Source of the DNA: Candidatus Cloacimonadales bacterium
Lineage (GTDB): Bacteria; Cloacimonadota; Cloacimonadia; Cloacimonadales; JAFGVF01
Reading direction: 5' to 3'
Length of the DNA stretch: 64,000 nucleotides
NCBI GenBank assembly: GCA_963663475.2
Contig: CAXXJV010000001.1
Coordinates: 2,144,001-2,208,000 of the forward strand
The notes beneath the pieces were generated by a model that was not told where the DNA came from, did no database searches, and saw only the letters and a program-made list of their open reading frames with translations. Both the position numbers and the translations under genes were made by a program. Of this stretch, positions 30,269-40,268 are shown in pieces (the first letter of the stretch is position 1; the number at the start of each line of letters is the position of its first letter).

Positions 30269-30914
30269 TAGGCCACCTTTTTAGATAATAAGCATGATCC
30301 ATAAATTGATAATCTAAGCTACAAGAGTAGTTGAATATTTGGGAAATTTTGGAGAACTCAGTTTGAGAAAGATCTATACTAAAGTCATTCACATATCTTT
30401 TAACCAGGTTAGTTTGTGCTATGAAATCCTCGGAAACATAAGTATCAATCCAAGACTGGTAGGGGTTTCCTGAGACACTATGTTTAGCTATATTTTTACC
30501 ATTCTCCAGATAAAGCCAAAAACAGGGGAGAAGAGAAGTTAGGCCATGTAAGAATTTCTCAGTAGAGATTGTAGAAATTAAAAAAGAGCTATAAGCTAGG
30601 CAGGCAGGTTGCATAAATTCTGTAGCTTCAATATTATACTTTAAAAAGAGGTCTTTTTGAAAGATGTGTTCAAGTTCATAAGACTCAAGAGCAAGTTTAG
30701 CGAATACATCTGATATCTCAGCATTCGGGGCTTTTTGAGAAAGCAGTGTCATTGCTTTAGCATATTGCTTGATATAGATTGCATCTTGTTGTAAGTAGAA
30801 TTTAAAAGCTTCTAATGGTAGATTTCCTGCAGCAAGAGATTTTGAAAATGGATGATTGAAATGTTTTGCAATAATATGACTAGCATTCTGCCATAGAATG
30901 TCTGTAGTTAACAT
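30258..30914 (-). CDS. tenA: Thiaminase II / aminopyrimidine aminohydrolase
   Basis: HPF, FYLQQD, LLPCFWLY (catalytic Cys), NPYQSWIDTY; lies in the thi operon. Confidence 0.88.
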   Translation of the reverse strand: MLTTDILWQNASHIIAKHFNHPFSKSLAAGNLPLEAFKFYLQQDAIYIKQYAKAMTLLSQKAPNAEISDVFAKLALESYELEHIFQKDLFLKYNIEATEFMQPACLAYSSFLISTISTEKFLHGLTSLLPCFWLYLENGKNIAKHSVSGNPYQSWIDTYVSEDFIAQTNLVKRYVNDFSIDLSQTEFSKISQIFNYSCSLDYQFMDHAYYLKRWPNEG

Positions 30915-30926
30915 TATACTTTCCTT

Positions 30927-31730
30927 TTACCAAAGATTATAGAAGTGATTAACAGGACTTTTACCCTTACCAAGTTTATAAAAAGCTCCATCAGAAATAG
31001 CTTTAGTAATATAATCTTTTGCTTTTTCTACAGCAGAAATAACATCATAATTCTGACCAAGATAAGCAGCAATTGCAGAGGAAAGAGTACAACCAGTTCC
31101 GTGATTATTAATAGTATCAATTCTTTCGGATTCTAGCCAAATAGCTTGCTGATTTTGGGATAAAAATAGGTCTGGAAGCAAGTCATTTTTATAGAAACTT
31201 CCTTTAAGAATAATGTTTTTACAACCAAATGAAAGTAACTTATTACCAGCAGTTAGCATATCTTCCTTGTTAGAAATATTCATATTAGTAAGCACTTGGG
31301 CTTCACTTAAGTTAGGGGTTATGACTTGGGCAATAGGCAAGAGTTTTGCTATGAGTGATTCAATAGCATTATCATGCAAGAGTTTATCTCCTGATTTAGC
31401 CACCATTACCGGATCAAGAACAATTTTCTCAATACCATATTCTTGAATGCAAGTTGCAACTATTTCGATAACTTGCGGACTGCTTAACATCCCAATTTTA
31501 ATGGCATCAGCACCAATATCAGATAAAACAGCATCAATTTGTTCTTTCACAAAGTCAGGGCTAACAGGATAAATACCAGTTACTCCTAAAGTGTTTTGAG
31601 CTGTCAAAGCTGTAATAACAGACATTCCATAACAGCCTAAAGCTGAAAATGTTTTTAAATCAGCTTGAATACCAGCTCCTCCACCGCTATCAGAGCCGGC
31701 AATAGTCAAAAGTCTAGTATATTTTTTCAA
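30927..31730 (-). CDS. thiD: Hydroxymethylpyrimidine/phosphomethylpyrimidine kinase
   Basis: LTIAGSDSGGGAGIQADLK, TAQNT, DPVMV, TPNL, HGTGCTLS. Confidence 0.96.
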   Translation of the reverse strand: MKKYTRLLTIAGSDSGGGAGIQADLKTFSALGCYGMSVITALTAQNTLGVTGIYPVSPDFVKEQIDAVLSDIGADAIKIGMLSSPQVIEIVATCIQEYGIEKIVLDPVMVAKSGDKLLHDNAIESLIAKLLPIAQVITPNLSEAQVLTNMNISNKEDMLTAGNKLLSFGCKNIILKGSFYKNDLLPDLFLSQNQQAIWLESERIDTINNHGTGCTLSSAIAAYLGQNYDVISAVEKAKDYITKAISDGAFYKLGKGKSPVNHFYNLW

Positions 31731-31820
31731 TCATTTCTCCTTGGAAGTAATTTAATCATAAGAATAACAGTAGAATAAGTCTTAAATGTTAATAAGAATA
31801 TTCTACTGTTAATGTAAGTT

Positions 31821-32462
31821 TCAAAGTTTTCCTTTTTGTATTTGGTCGCGAAGATTTATACTTGCCTGACGTGGGGAATCTGCAGAACATATTGCAGAGA
31901 CTACAGCAATTCCGTCAGCACCAGCTTTAATAATATCACTTGTATTATGGATATTAACTCCTCCAATTGCTACAAGTTTATGTTTAGAAAAGCTTTTAAT
32001 ATCTCTAATACCTTCTAAACCTAGGGGTTTAGCTATATCAATTTTAGTATTAGTTGAGAAAACTGGGCTAATCCCAAGATAATCAACATCTAAGCATAGT
32101 GCATCTCTAGCATCTTCTAGTGATTCTACTGACAATCCTATGATAGCATTCTTACCTAAAATCTTCCTAGCAACTTCATAAGGTAAGTCAGATTGCCCAA
32201 TATGCAGTCCTTGGGCATTGACTGCTAAAGCAATATCAAGTCTGTCATTAATAATTAAAGGAACTTTATATTTCTTAGTTACAAGAGAAACAGCTTTTGC
32301 TACTTCATAAAATTCTCTACTTGAACAATCTTTTTCTCTTAATTGAACAACGCTAGTGCCACCTAAAATAGCTTCCTCAATGACATAAATAAGGTCTCTT
32401 CCTAAAGTCAAAGCCCTATCAGTAACTAAGTATAAAGAATAATCGATATTATCTTTAGACAT
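31821..32462 (-). CDS. thiE: Thiamine-phosphate synthase
   Basis: LYLVTD, VQLREK, LIINDR, HIGQSD, VAIGG, AVVSAI. Confidence 0.96.
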   Translation of the reverse strand: MSKDNIDYSLYLVTDRALTLGRDLIYVIEEAILGGTSVVQLREKDCSSREFYEVAKAVSLVTKKYKVPLIINDRLDIALAVNAQGLHIGQSDLPYEVARKILGKNAIIGLSVESLEDARDALCLDVDYLGISPVFSTNTKIDIAKPLGLEGIRDIKSFSKHKLVAIGGVNIHNTSDIIKAGADGIAVVSAICSADSPRQASINLRDQIQKGKL

Positions 32463-33249
32463 GATATTTCAGTGTTTTGGCAACTTCTTCTTGAGTGATA
32501 TTATATAATTTATCAATAAAGTTAAGCTGTAAGGAAGCAGGGCCATTAGAATCTTGAACCGCTAACTGGCCACATATACCCATAAGGGCCATAGCATTAG
32601 CACAAGCTTGCAGATAGTTATCATTAACAGCACAGAAAGCACCAGTTAAGGCAGTAGCAGTACATCCTAAGCCAGTTACTTTAGGCATCATACTATGTCC
32701 ATTATCGATAAAAATAGTCTCATTTCCATTAGTAATTATATCTATTTCTCCAGATACAACAACAAGGCATTTATAGTGTTCAGCTAAGTTTTTAGCAGCC
32801 AATTCAGCCTTGTCAGATGAATGTGAACTATCAACCCCTTTAGTTTGAATACTTGTATCAAGTAGGGCCATTATTTCAGATGCATTCCCTCTAATTACGC
32901 TAGGTTTAGCAATTTTGAAGAGTTCTTTTACAGTAGCTGTTCTGAATTTCGTCGCACCAGCACCAACAGGATCAACAATGATTGGGATATTTCTAAGTCT
33001 AGCTGTTTGCATAGCAACTTTCATAGCTTCAATCCAGTGTTCACTAAGGGTACCAATGTTTATTACTAAGGCTGAAGCTATTTGAGCCATATCTGCAACT
33101 TCCTCAATAGCATGAGCCATAACTGGTGAAGCACCTAATGAAAGTAGAGCATTAGCAGTATTATTCATTACTACATAATTAGTAATATTATGGATAAGAG
33201 GAGAACTTTCTCTTATTTTTTCAATATCATTCCATACATTAAGGTTCAT
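32455..33249 (-). CDS. thiM: Hydroxyethylthiazole kinase
   Basis: PLIHNITNYV, GASPVMA, DPVGAG, RGNASEI, TGLGC. Confidence 0.96.
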   Translation of the reverse strand: MNLNVWNDIEKIRESSPLIHNITNYVVMNNTANALLSLGASPVMAHAIEEVADMAQIASALVINIGTLSEHWIEAMKVAMQTARLRNIPIIVDPVGAGATKFRTATVKELFKIAKPSVIRGNASEIMALLDTSIQTKGVDSSHSSDKAELAAKNLAEHYKCLVVVSGEIDIITNGNETIFIDNGHSMMPKVTGLGCTATALTGAFCAVNDNYLQACANAMALMGICGQLAVQDSNGPASLQLNFIDKLYNITQEEVAKTLKYHV

Positions 33250-33341
33250 TATTACTCCTTTAATAATCTGTTAAGATATGAATTTTTTGTTAGTTAGATG
33301 TATTTTTTAGTTTATTAGGACTAAAAATTTGATATAAGAAA

Positions 33342-34043
33342 TTATTTATATGCCCTAATAGCAACATAATCTCCACAATCATAACCAGGGATAGGTTTTT
33401 CCATTTCATTATCTGAGTAAGCAGGATGTTTGGTAAGAGTCTGAGCGAAATCAAGATTTTTAAAGCCTGCTTTTTCTAACATTCTAATTTTTTCTGGAGT
33501 AGAGCGCCAATTTGATTCATTAATAAATGATATTGGGTAGGCATTTGGAGCTTTAGCTTCATTGAAATAATTATGTTCCCATGTTCCAATTTCTTTAGCT
33601 AAATTATAAAGAATTCCATAAGAACTTTCTTTAGGAACATCTATTACAAGAATCATGCCTCCTGGTTTTAAGGCTTTATAGGCTTTATCAAGTGCTTTTT
33701 GTAAGTCAGTAATATAACTAGGAGTACCATTAAACATAACAGTATCATAGATCTCATTTCCAAAGTCAGTATCTTCAGCAGTGCCAACAGTTACTTTTAA
33801 GCCACGTTTAGAAGCTATTTCTGCCATACCTTCAGCAGGTTCAATACCTTCTGTAAGGCTTATATTATATTCTTTTTTTAAAATCGCTTCAAATAATCCT
33901 GATCCACAACCTACTGAAAGTGATCTTCCTGGATTATTTAAGAAGTGAGCAACTAAGGCTACTTCAGAAGCTAAGACATTTACATTTTTTAAAAACCATT
34001 CATCGTATTTTGATGCATATTGATCAAATGCTCTTTCTATCAT
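33342..34043 (-). CDS. Class I SAM-dependent methyltransferase
   Basis: FDQYASKYDEWF; SVGCGSG (motif I); LKPGG. Start taken at ATG 34043 after AGGTGG; the ORF track uses 34064. Confidence 0.85.
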   Translation of the reverse strand: MIERAFDQYASKYDEWFLKNVNVLASEVALVAHFLNNPGRSLSVGCGSGLFEAILKKEYNISLTEGIEPAEGMAEIASKRGLKVTVGTAEDTDFGNEIYDTVMFNGTPSYITDLQKALDKAYKALKPGGMILVIDVPKESSYGILYNLAKEIGTWEHNYFNEAKAPNAYPISFINESNWRSTPEKIRMLEKAGFKNLDFAQTLTKHPAYSDNEMEKPIPGYDCGDYVAIRAYK

Positions 34044-34182
34044 TTTTATATTTCCACCTATCATATTATTTGAAAATTAGGAAAAATCGTTTGCGTATTT
34101 TGTCAAGCAGTGAATGAATTTTATTGGATATTTTCCAGAAATCAGATAATCTATGGCTAGATTTCTCTTATCATCATTAATT

Positions 34183-34239
34183 CTTCCTTTACAGTCTTTC
34201 GATGAAAGTCCGCCTTTCATCGAAAGACTGTAAAGGAAG
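34183..34239. repeat. Long perfect palindrome, family B copy 1
   Basis: 26-bp arms CTTCCTTTACAGTCTTTCGATGAAAG with a 5-nt loop; same core as 55465-55543. Confidence 0.9.
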
Positions 34240-34456
34240 GTTTAGGAATGAAGATAGACAGGATTACTTTATTAGAATGAAAGTTCTAAATGATTTTTCT
34301 AAGAAAATTCTCTAGCTAAGCCTTTGGACAAAGAAAATATTGCTCCTCAAAAAAACATATTCCTAAGAATATGCTAGTCCTTCTGAAGATATTTAATTTG
34401 ACAAATTGCCATTATCCTTTAATTTGGTTAGATAATAAAAAAAAGTGGTGTAAAAT

Positions 34457-37400
34457 ATGTTTGAAAAATTATTAAAAAAGATTTTTGGTGATAAGCACGA
34501 AAAATTCTTAAAGACTATATACCCGATTATCAATGATATAAATGATAGATATGCAGAGCTCGAAACACTGTCAGATGATGAATTACGTTCAAAAATTGCT
34601 GAAATAAAAAGCAAGTTGAAAGGTGAATTAGATCCAGAATTTGAGAATTTAGATAAGCTTAAGAAAGAATATATTACAGAGATAAATGAAAGTAAAAAAG
34701 ATAGATTAAGCAATGAACTCGATAAAATAAAAGAAGATTTAAAGAAAAAGGTTCAAGATTTATTAGATGATAATTTAGTGGAAGTTTTTGCCATTATTAA
34801 AGATACCTGTAGAAGATTAATAGGCCATGAATATATTGTTAGGGGTAATCCTGCTAAATGGGATATGATACCTTACGATGTTCAGATGATTGGTGGTATT
34901 GTCTTGCACCGAGGTAATATTGCAGAGATGGCTACTGGTGAAGGTAAGACTTTAGTTGCGACTCTTCCTCTCTTTTTAAATGCCTTAATAGGTAAGGGTG
35001 CTCATCTTGTTACTGTAAATGAATACCTAGCTCAACGTGATGCTGAATGGATGAGTCCTATCTTTGAGTTTCACAACATGAAAGTTGGCTGTATAGTTAA
35101 TGGAATGTCCTTTGAAGATAAGAAAGCTGTCTATAGATACGATGTTACTTATGGTATGAATAGTGAATTTGGTTTTGATTATCTTAGAGATAATATGGCT
35201 GTTAACTCTGAGCAATTAGTGCAAAGAGACTTTTATTATGCTATAGTGGATGAAGTTGATAGTATTCTTATTGATGAAGCCAGAACTCCTCTAATTATAT
35301 CTGGATCTGTTGATGATGATAAGAATTTTTATCAAGAATTAAGACCTTACATAGAGAGGTTAACTAAGCTACAAAATAATCTACTTAGGGATCTTAATTC
35401 CAAGGTGAAAGCCTTACTTGATGATCCTAATTCAGATTCAAACGAGATTGGGAAATTGCTGCTTTTAATGAAATTAGGATCACCTAAAAATAAAGCTTTT
35501 AATAAGTATATGAAAGAAGGAGATCTTAAAAAACTTTGTAACGATATTGAAGGCCTATATATTCGCGATAAAAAAATGCATGAACTAAATGCAGAACTTT
35601 ATTACAGTATTGATGAAAAGGCTAATACTGTTGAACTTAGTGAACTTGGGCAGGATGTTATTAATGATTATGAAAGAGATCTCTTCATAACATCTACCTT
35701 GGACGAACTTCTTGATGCCGTAGATAAGGACGATACTTTATCGATTGAAGAAAGATTGAAAAAGAAAGATAGAGTAACTCGTGAATTTATGGACAAGAGT
35801 GAAAAACAACATGATATCAAGCAGCTTCTCAAAGCCTACTCGCTTTTTGAAAAAGAAAAAGAATATGTTGTGATGGATAATCAGGTTCAAATTGTTGATG
35901 AATTTACAGGTCGTTTGATGCCTGGTAGAAGATTCAGTGATGGTCTTCATCAAGCCTTAGAAGCTAAAGAACGAGTAAAAATTCAAAAAGCTTCTCAAAC
36001 CTTAGCAACTATAACTTTGCAGAATTACTTCAGAATGTTTGATAAACTTGCTGGTATGACTGGTACTGCTGTTACAGAAGAAAATGAATTCATGGAAATT
36101 TATAAATTACCAGTAGTTGAAATTCCTACAAATGTTCCAATCACTAGGCTGGATCATGATGATTTCATCTATTTAACTAAGAATGAAAAATATAAAGCTA
36201 TTATAAGAGAAATTGAATACTGGCATAGTCAGGATAAACCTGTTTTGGTTGGTACTACAAGTGTAGAAGTTTCTGAAACTCTTAGTAGAATGCTGAGATT
36301 GAATAAGATTCCTCATAATATTCTAAATGCTAAAAACCATGAGAAAGAAGCTGAAATAATTGCTGGTGCTGGTAGGGCTGGTGCTGTAACTATAGCTACA
36401 AATATGGCTGGTAGAGGAACAGATATTAAAATTGCTGATTCTGTAATTACCCAAAGCCATGAAGACTACTTAAATGCTAATAATCAAGTTAGCAAAGATT
36501 TACCCTACGGTGGTCCACTAGACGGATTGCATGTTATTGGTTCTGAACGTCATGAATCTAGAAGAATTGATAGACAGTTAAGAGGTAGAGCTGGTCGTCA
36601 AGGGGATCCAGGTACCTCAAGATTTTATTTGTCTCTAGAAGATGATTTAATGCGTTTATTTGGATCTGATAGAATAGCACCTATGATGATGAAACTAGGA
36701 GCTAAAAGTGATGAACCAATAGTTCATCCATGGATGACCAATGCTGTCTCTAAGGCCCAAAAAAGAGTTGAAGAACATAACTTTGAAATTAGAAAGAGAT
36801 TAATTAAATACGATGAAGTGATGACTGCTCAAAGAGAAATTATCTATCAGTATCGCAATAATGTGCTTAAGGGATATGATCTAAAAAATGAAATAATTAA
36901 TATGATTAGCGATACTGTGAATAATGTAATTGACAGAATTGTTGAAAGTAAGACTTTTGTAGAAGATCATGAGGTTGAAGAAGTCTGTAAATGGGTTAAA
37001 CTAAATTTGGGTGTACCAACTGATTATGAAAAAATCATGAATCCTGATTTAGATGTTAACCAACTTAGGAATGTTATGGAAGAAAGACTTCTTAGAGCTT
37101 ATGAGCAAAAAGAAGAAATTGTAGGTGTTGAAAATCAAAGAGAATTAGAAAGAAGATCTCTTTTAGAAGTAGTTGATACAAACTGGAGAGAGCACTTAAG
37201 AGAAATGGATCTTCTCCAGGAAGGTATCAGTTTAAGGGCTTATGGTAACAAAGATCCTCTTATAGAATATAAAAAAGAATCTTTCTATGTTTTTGAAGAT
37301 ATGATATATAGAATTCAAGAACAAGTTACTCAGAAGGTCTTTACTAGGGTACTGGTAAATCAAGCAAATATCGAAGATGTATTAGACCGGATAAAAACTA

Positions 37401-37612
37401 TGCATAATGAAGTAAATGTTTTCAATAATCCTAGTCCGGCCATTGAAGAACAAGCTAAGCCACAAATGCCAAATATGAATAGACCTCAAGTTCAAACTAA
37501 GGTGAAACCAATTGTGAATGCTGATAAGATAGGCAGGAATGATCCTTGTCCTTGTGGATCAGGAAAGAAATACAAAAAGTGCTGTGGTAAAAACATAATG
37601 GATGATGAATAA
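34457..37612 (+). CDS. secA: Preprotein translocase ATPase SecA
   Basis: [59 protein letters not shown]-terminal [19 protein letters not shown]. Confidence 0.98.
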   Translation: MFEKLLKKIFGDKHEKFLKTIYPIINDINDRYAELETLSDDELRSKIAEIKSKLKGELDPEFENLDKLKKEYITEINESKKDRLSNELDKIKEDLKKKVQDLLDDNLVEVFAIIKDTCRRLIGHEYIVRGNPAKWDMIPYDVQMIGGIVLHRGNIAEMATGEGKTLVATLPLFLNALIGKGAHLVTVNEYLAQRDAEWMSPIFEFHNMKVGCIVNGMSFEDKKAVYRYDVTYGMNSEFGFDYLRDNMAVNSEQLVQRDFYYAIVDEVDSILIDEARTPLIISGSVDDDKNFYQELRPYIERLTKLQNNLLRDLNSKVKALLDDPNSDSNEIGKLLLLMKLGSPKNKAFNKYMKEGDLKKLCNDIEGLYIRDKKMHELNAELYYSIDEKANTVELSELGQDVINDYERDLFITSTLDELLDAVDKDDTLSIEERLKKKDRVTREFMDKSEKQHDIKQLLKAYSLFEKEKEYVVMDNQVQIVDEFTGRLMPGRRFSDGLHQALEAKERVKIQKASQTLATITLQNYFRMFDKLAGMTGTAVTEENEFMEIYKLPVVEIPTNVPITRLDHDDFIYLTKNEKYKAIIREIEYWHSQDKPVLVGTTSVEVSETLSRMLRLNKIPHNILNAKNHEKEAEIIAGAGRAGAVTIATNMAGRGTDIKIADSVITQSHEDYLNANNQVSKDLPYGGPLDGLHVIGSERHESRRIDRQLRGRAGRQGDPGTSRFYLSLEDDLMRLFGSDRIAPMMMKLGAKSDEPIVHPWMTNAVSKAQKRVEEHNFEIRKRLIKYDEVMTAQREIIYQYRNNVLKGYDLKNEIINMISDTVNNVIDRIVESKTFVEDHEVEEVCKWVKLNLGVPTDYEKIMNPDLDVNQLRNVMEERLLRAYEQKEEIVGVENQRELERRSLLEVVDTNWREHLREMDLLQEGISLRAYGNKDPLIEYKKESFYVFEDMIYRIQEQVTQKVFTRVLVNQANIEDVLDRIKTMHNEVNVFNNPSPAIEEQAKPQMPNMNRPQVQTKVKPIVNADKIGRNDPCPCGSGKKYKKCCGKNIMDDE

Positions 37613-38041
37613 ATGAAGAAAGATATAGATTATATAAAGAAACAGCTTTCAGGAAAACATTCAAAAGAGTTTCTGCAAGACTTAAATGAAGAAGAATTGC
37701 AGACTTTGATTGAACTCTTGGAAAAACAAGATGATAAAAAAAGACCTTATTACAGGAATTTAGATATTATTGAGTCCCAAGCCATCTCAGTAGATGCTTA
37801 TGGATATATGATGAGTATGTATAATATAGGTTCCCTAACTGAAGTAACTTTTGAAAAAGTAATTCAGATATGTATGCACCTTTATTATATTACTCAAGAG
37901 CAAGTTTCAAAGAAAAAACTAGATAAAATTATAACCATGATTAATTTCTCAGATTTTAATCAGACCAATATCAAAGAGTTCATAGATACCCTTATTAACG
38001 AAAATAAATATCAGATGAATACTCAGAAAATAAAACACTAG
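37613..38041 (+). CDS. Putative DUF494/Smg-like protein
   Basis: R-NLDIIESQAISVDAYGYM..GSL..FEKVI resembles the Smg C-terminal pattern; its position just upstream of topA is typical for DUF494. Confidence 0.55.
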   Translation: MKKDIDYIKKQLSGKHSKEFLQDLNEEELQTLIELLEKQDDKKRPYYRNLDIIESQAISVDAYGYMMSMYNIGSLTEVTFEKVIQICMHLYYITQEQVSKKKLDKIITMINFSDFNQTNIKEFIDTLINENKYQMNTQKIKH

Positions 38042-38048
38042 AGGGAAT

Positions 38049-40268
38049 ATGTCTAAAAGTTTGATAATCGTAGAGTCTCCAGCAAAAGCAAAAACAATAA
38101 GTAAGTTCTTAGATAATAAATTTAATATAGTAGCTTCAATGGGTCATATTAGAGATTTACCTAAAAAATCATTAGGAATAGATCTTGATAATAACTATGC
38201 AGCTAAATATGTGAGTGATAGAACCAAAACTAAGATTATAAAAGAGTTGAGAGAGAAAGCAAAAAGTGCTCCTGAAATTTACCTGGCTAGTGACCATGAC
38301 CGCGAAGGAGAGGCTATTGCCTGGCATTTAACAGAACTCTTAAAAAAAGAAATTAAAGGCAAACCAGTTCATAGGATTACTTTTAATGAAATAACTAAGA
38401 AAGCAATAGTTGAATCGATAAAACATCCTGGAGATATTGATATCAATAAGGTCAATGCCCAGCAAGCAAGACGAATCTTAGACAGAATAGTTGGTTACAA
38501 GGTAAGTCCAATATTATGGAAGGTAATTGCTAAAGATTTAAGTGCTGGAAGGGTTCAATCAGTTGCCTTAAGATTAGTCTGTGAAAAAGAAGAAGAAATA
38601 AATGCTTTTGTTCCTGAAGAATATTGGAAGATTTATGCTAATTTCTGGAAAGATAATTACCAACCTTTCAAAGGGGAACTAAATAAAATTGATGGTAAAA
38701 AAGCTAAGATAGCCAACAAAGAAGAAGCAGATAAGATTCTGGAAGAGATTAAAAATTCTCAAGCTGTCTTACAAGATATCAAAAAAAGTAAGAAAAAAGT
38801 TCAACCTCCTACACCTTATATAACTTCTACTCTACAACAAGATGCTTCAAGAATATCAGGTTTTAGTCCTAAAAGAACAATGAAAATAGCCCAAGAACTC
38901 TATGAAGGAATAGCTATTGGAGGGGAACAATCAGGTCTTATAACCTACATGAGAACAGACTCATTAAGAATTTCAACAGAGGCACAAGATGCATGTAGAG
39001 CTCTTATAAGTGAAAGATTTGGTAAGGAAAAATTAAATCCAAGTGTAAGGAATTTTGCCAATAAGAATAAAGCTCAAGATGCTCATGAAGCCATAAGACC
39101 TACTGATGTTAATAAAACACCTGAAAGCATAAAAGGCTATCTTTCACCAGAGCAATTTAGGGTATATAGTTTAATATGGGGTAGGTTTGTTGCTACACAG
39201 ATGATCCCTATGTTGGTTGAAAATGTACAAGTCTTCGTGGAAGTAGGTAAAACTGAATTTTTAACCAAGGGTGCTATTATTCTTGATAAAGGTTTTTCTC
39301 TAGCATATGCTTATGTATCTACTGCAATGGGAGAATTGATAGATAAAGCATATCAAATAGGTGATGACTTAGAAAAAAGTGATGTAAGTTCAGAACAAAA
39401 ATTTACTCAACCACCTGCTCGTTATTCAGAAGCTTCTCTCATTAAAGAATTAGAGGCTAAAGAAATTGGAAGACCTTCAACTTACTCTTCTATTATTTCT
39501 ACTATTACAGATAGAAAATATGTTGAATTGATAAAGAAATATCTTCATCCAACAGAGCTTGGAGTAAAAGTAAATAGTTTCCTTACTAAGAAGTTTGATT
39601 CAACTTTCAATGTACTCTTTACCGCAGATATGGAGAAGAAACTAGATAAAGTTGAAGAGGGTAATGAACTATTTGAAAAGGTTCTGGATGAATACTATCA
39701 AGAACTCAAGAAAATGATTGAGCAAGTAGATCTTTCTAAAGAGAAGGAGATGTATTTAGAACATACAGATATTCCTTGTGAAAAGTGTAAAGAAGGTCAT
39801 TATATAGTTAGGACAGGTCGTCAGGGAGAGTTTTTAGGTTGCTCAGAGTATCCTAAATGTAAAGATATCAAGAATTTTAAAAGAGATAAAGATGGTAAAA
39901 TACATATAGTCAAAGAAGAAACTCTTGATGAAAAATGCCCTGAATGTGATAGTCCTTTAGTTGTTAAAAATGGAAGATTTGGTAAGTTTATTGCTTGCTC
40001 AAATTATCCTAAATGCAAGTTTACTAAACCAATTGATCTTGGGATAAAATGTCCTGATTGTGAGACAGGAATGATTACAGAGAAGAAATCTAAGAAGGGT
40101 AGAACATTTTATAGTTGTACTAATTATCCAAATTGTAAGTTTTCTACTTGGAATAAACCAGTTAAGATTACTTGTCCTAATTGTAATAATTACTACATGG
40201 AAGAAAAGTACTCAAAAGAGAAAGGAAATTATAAAGTTTGCCCTAAGTGTGGTCAGGAAGTCTTCTAA
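38049..40268 (+). CDS. topA: DNA topoisomerase I (type IA)
   Basis: LIIVESPAKAKTI, DHDREGE, SAGRVQS, ITYMRTDS, AHEAIRPT; several C-terminal C4 zinc ribbons. Confidence 0.98.
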   Translation: MSKSLIIVESPAKAKTISKFLDNKFNIVASMGHIRDLPKKSLGIDLDNNYAAKYVSDRTKTKIIKELREKAKSAPEIYLASDHDREGEAIAWHLTELLKKEIKGKPVHRITFNEITKKAIVESIKHPGDIDINKVNAQQARRILDRIVGYKVSPILWKVIAKDLSAGRVQSVALRLVCEKEEEINAFVPEEYWKIYANFWKDNYQPFKGELNKIDGKKAKIANKEEADKILEEIKNSQAVLQDIKKSKKKVQPPTPYITSTLQQDASRISGFSPKRTMKIAQELYEGIAIGGEQSGLITYMRTDSLRISTEAQDACRALISERFGKEKLNPSVRNFANKNKAQDAHEAIRPTDVNKTPESIKGYLSPEQFRVYSLIWGRFVATQMIPMLVENVQVFVEVGKTEFLTKGAIILDKGFSLAYAYVSTAMGELIDKAYQIGDDLEKSDVSSEQKFTQPPARYSEASLIKELEAKEIGRPSTYSSIISTITDRKYVELIKKYLHPTELGVKVNSFLTKKFDSTFNVLFTADMEKKLDKVEEGNELFEKVLDEYYQELKKMIEQVDLSKEKEMYLEHTDIPCEKCKEGHYIVRTGRQGEFLGCSEYPKCKDIKNFKRDKDGKIHIVKEETLDEKCPECDSPLVVKNGRFGKFIACSNYPKCKFTKPIDLGIKCPDCETGMITEKKSKKGRTFYSCTNYPNCKFSTWNKPVKITCPNCNNYYMEEKYSKEKGNYKVCPKCGQEVF

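Noticed and set aside
34457-37612. Intein or novel domain explaining the long (1051 aa) SecA
   Set aside because: The extra segments look like helical insertions and lack intein terminal (C...HN) or LAGLIDADG motifs; long SecAs are known in several phyla.
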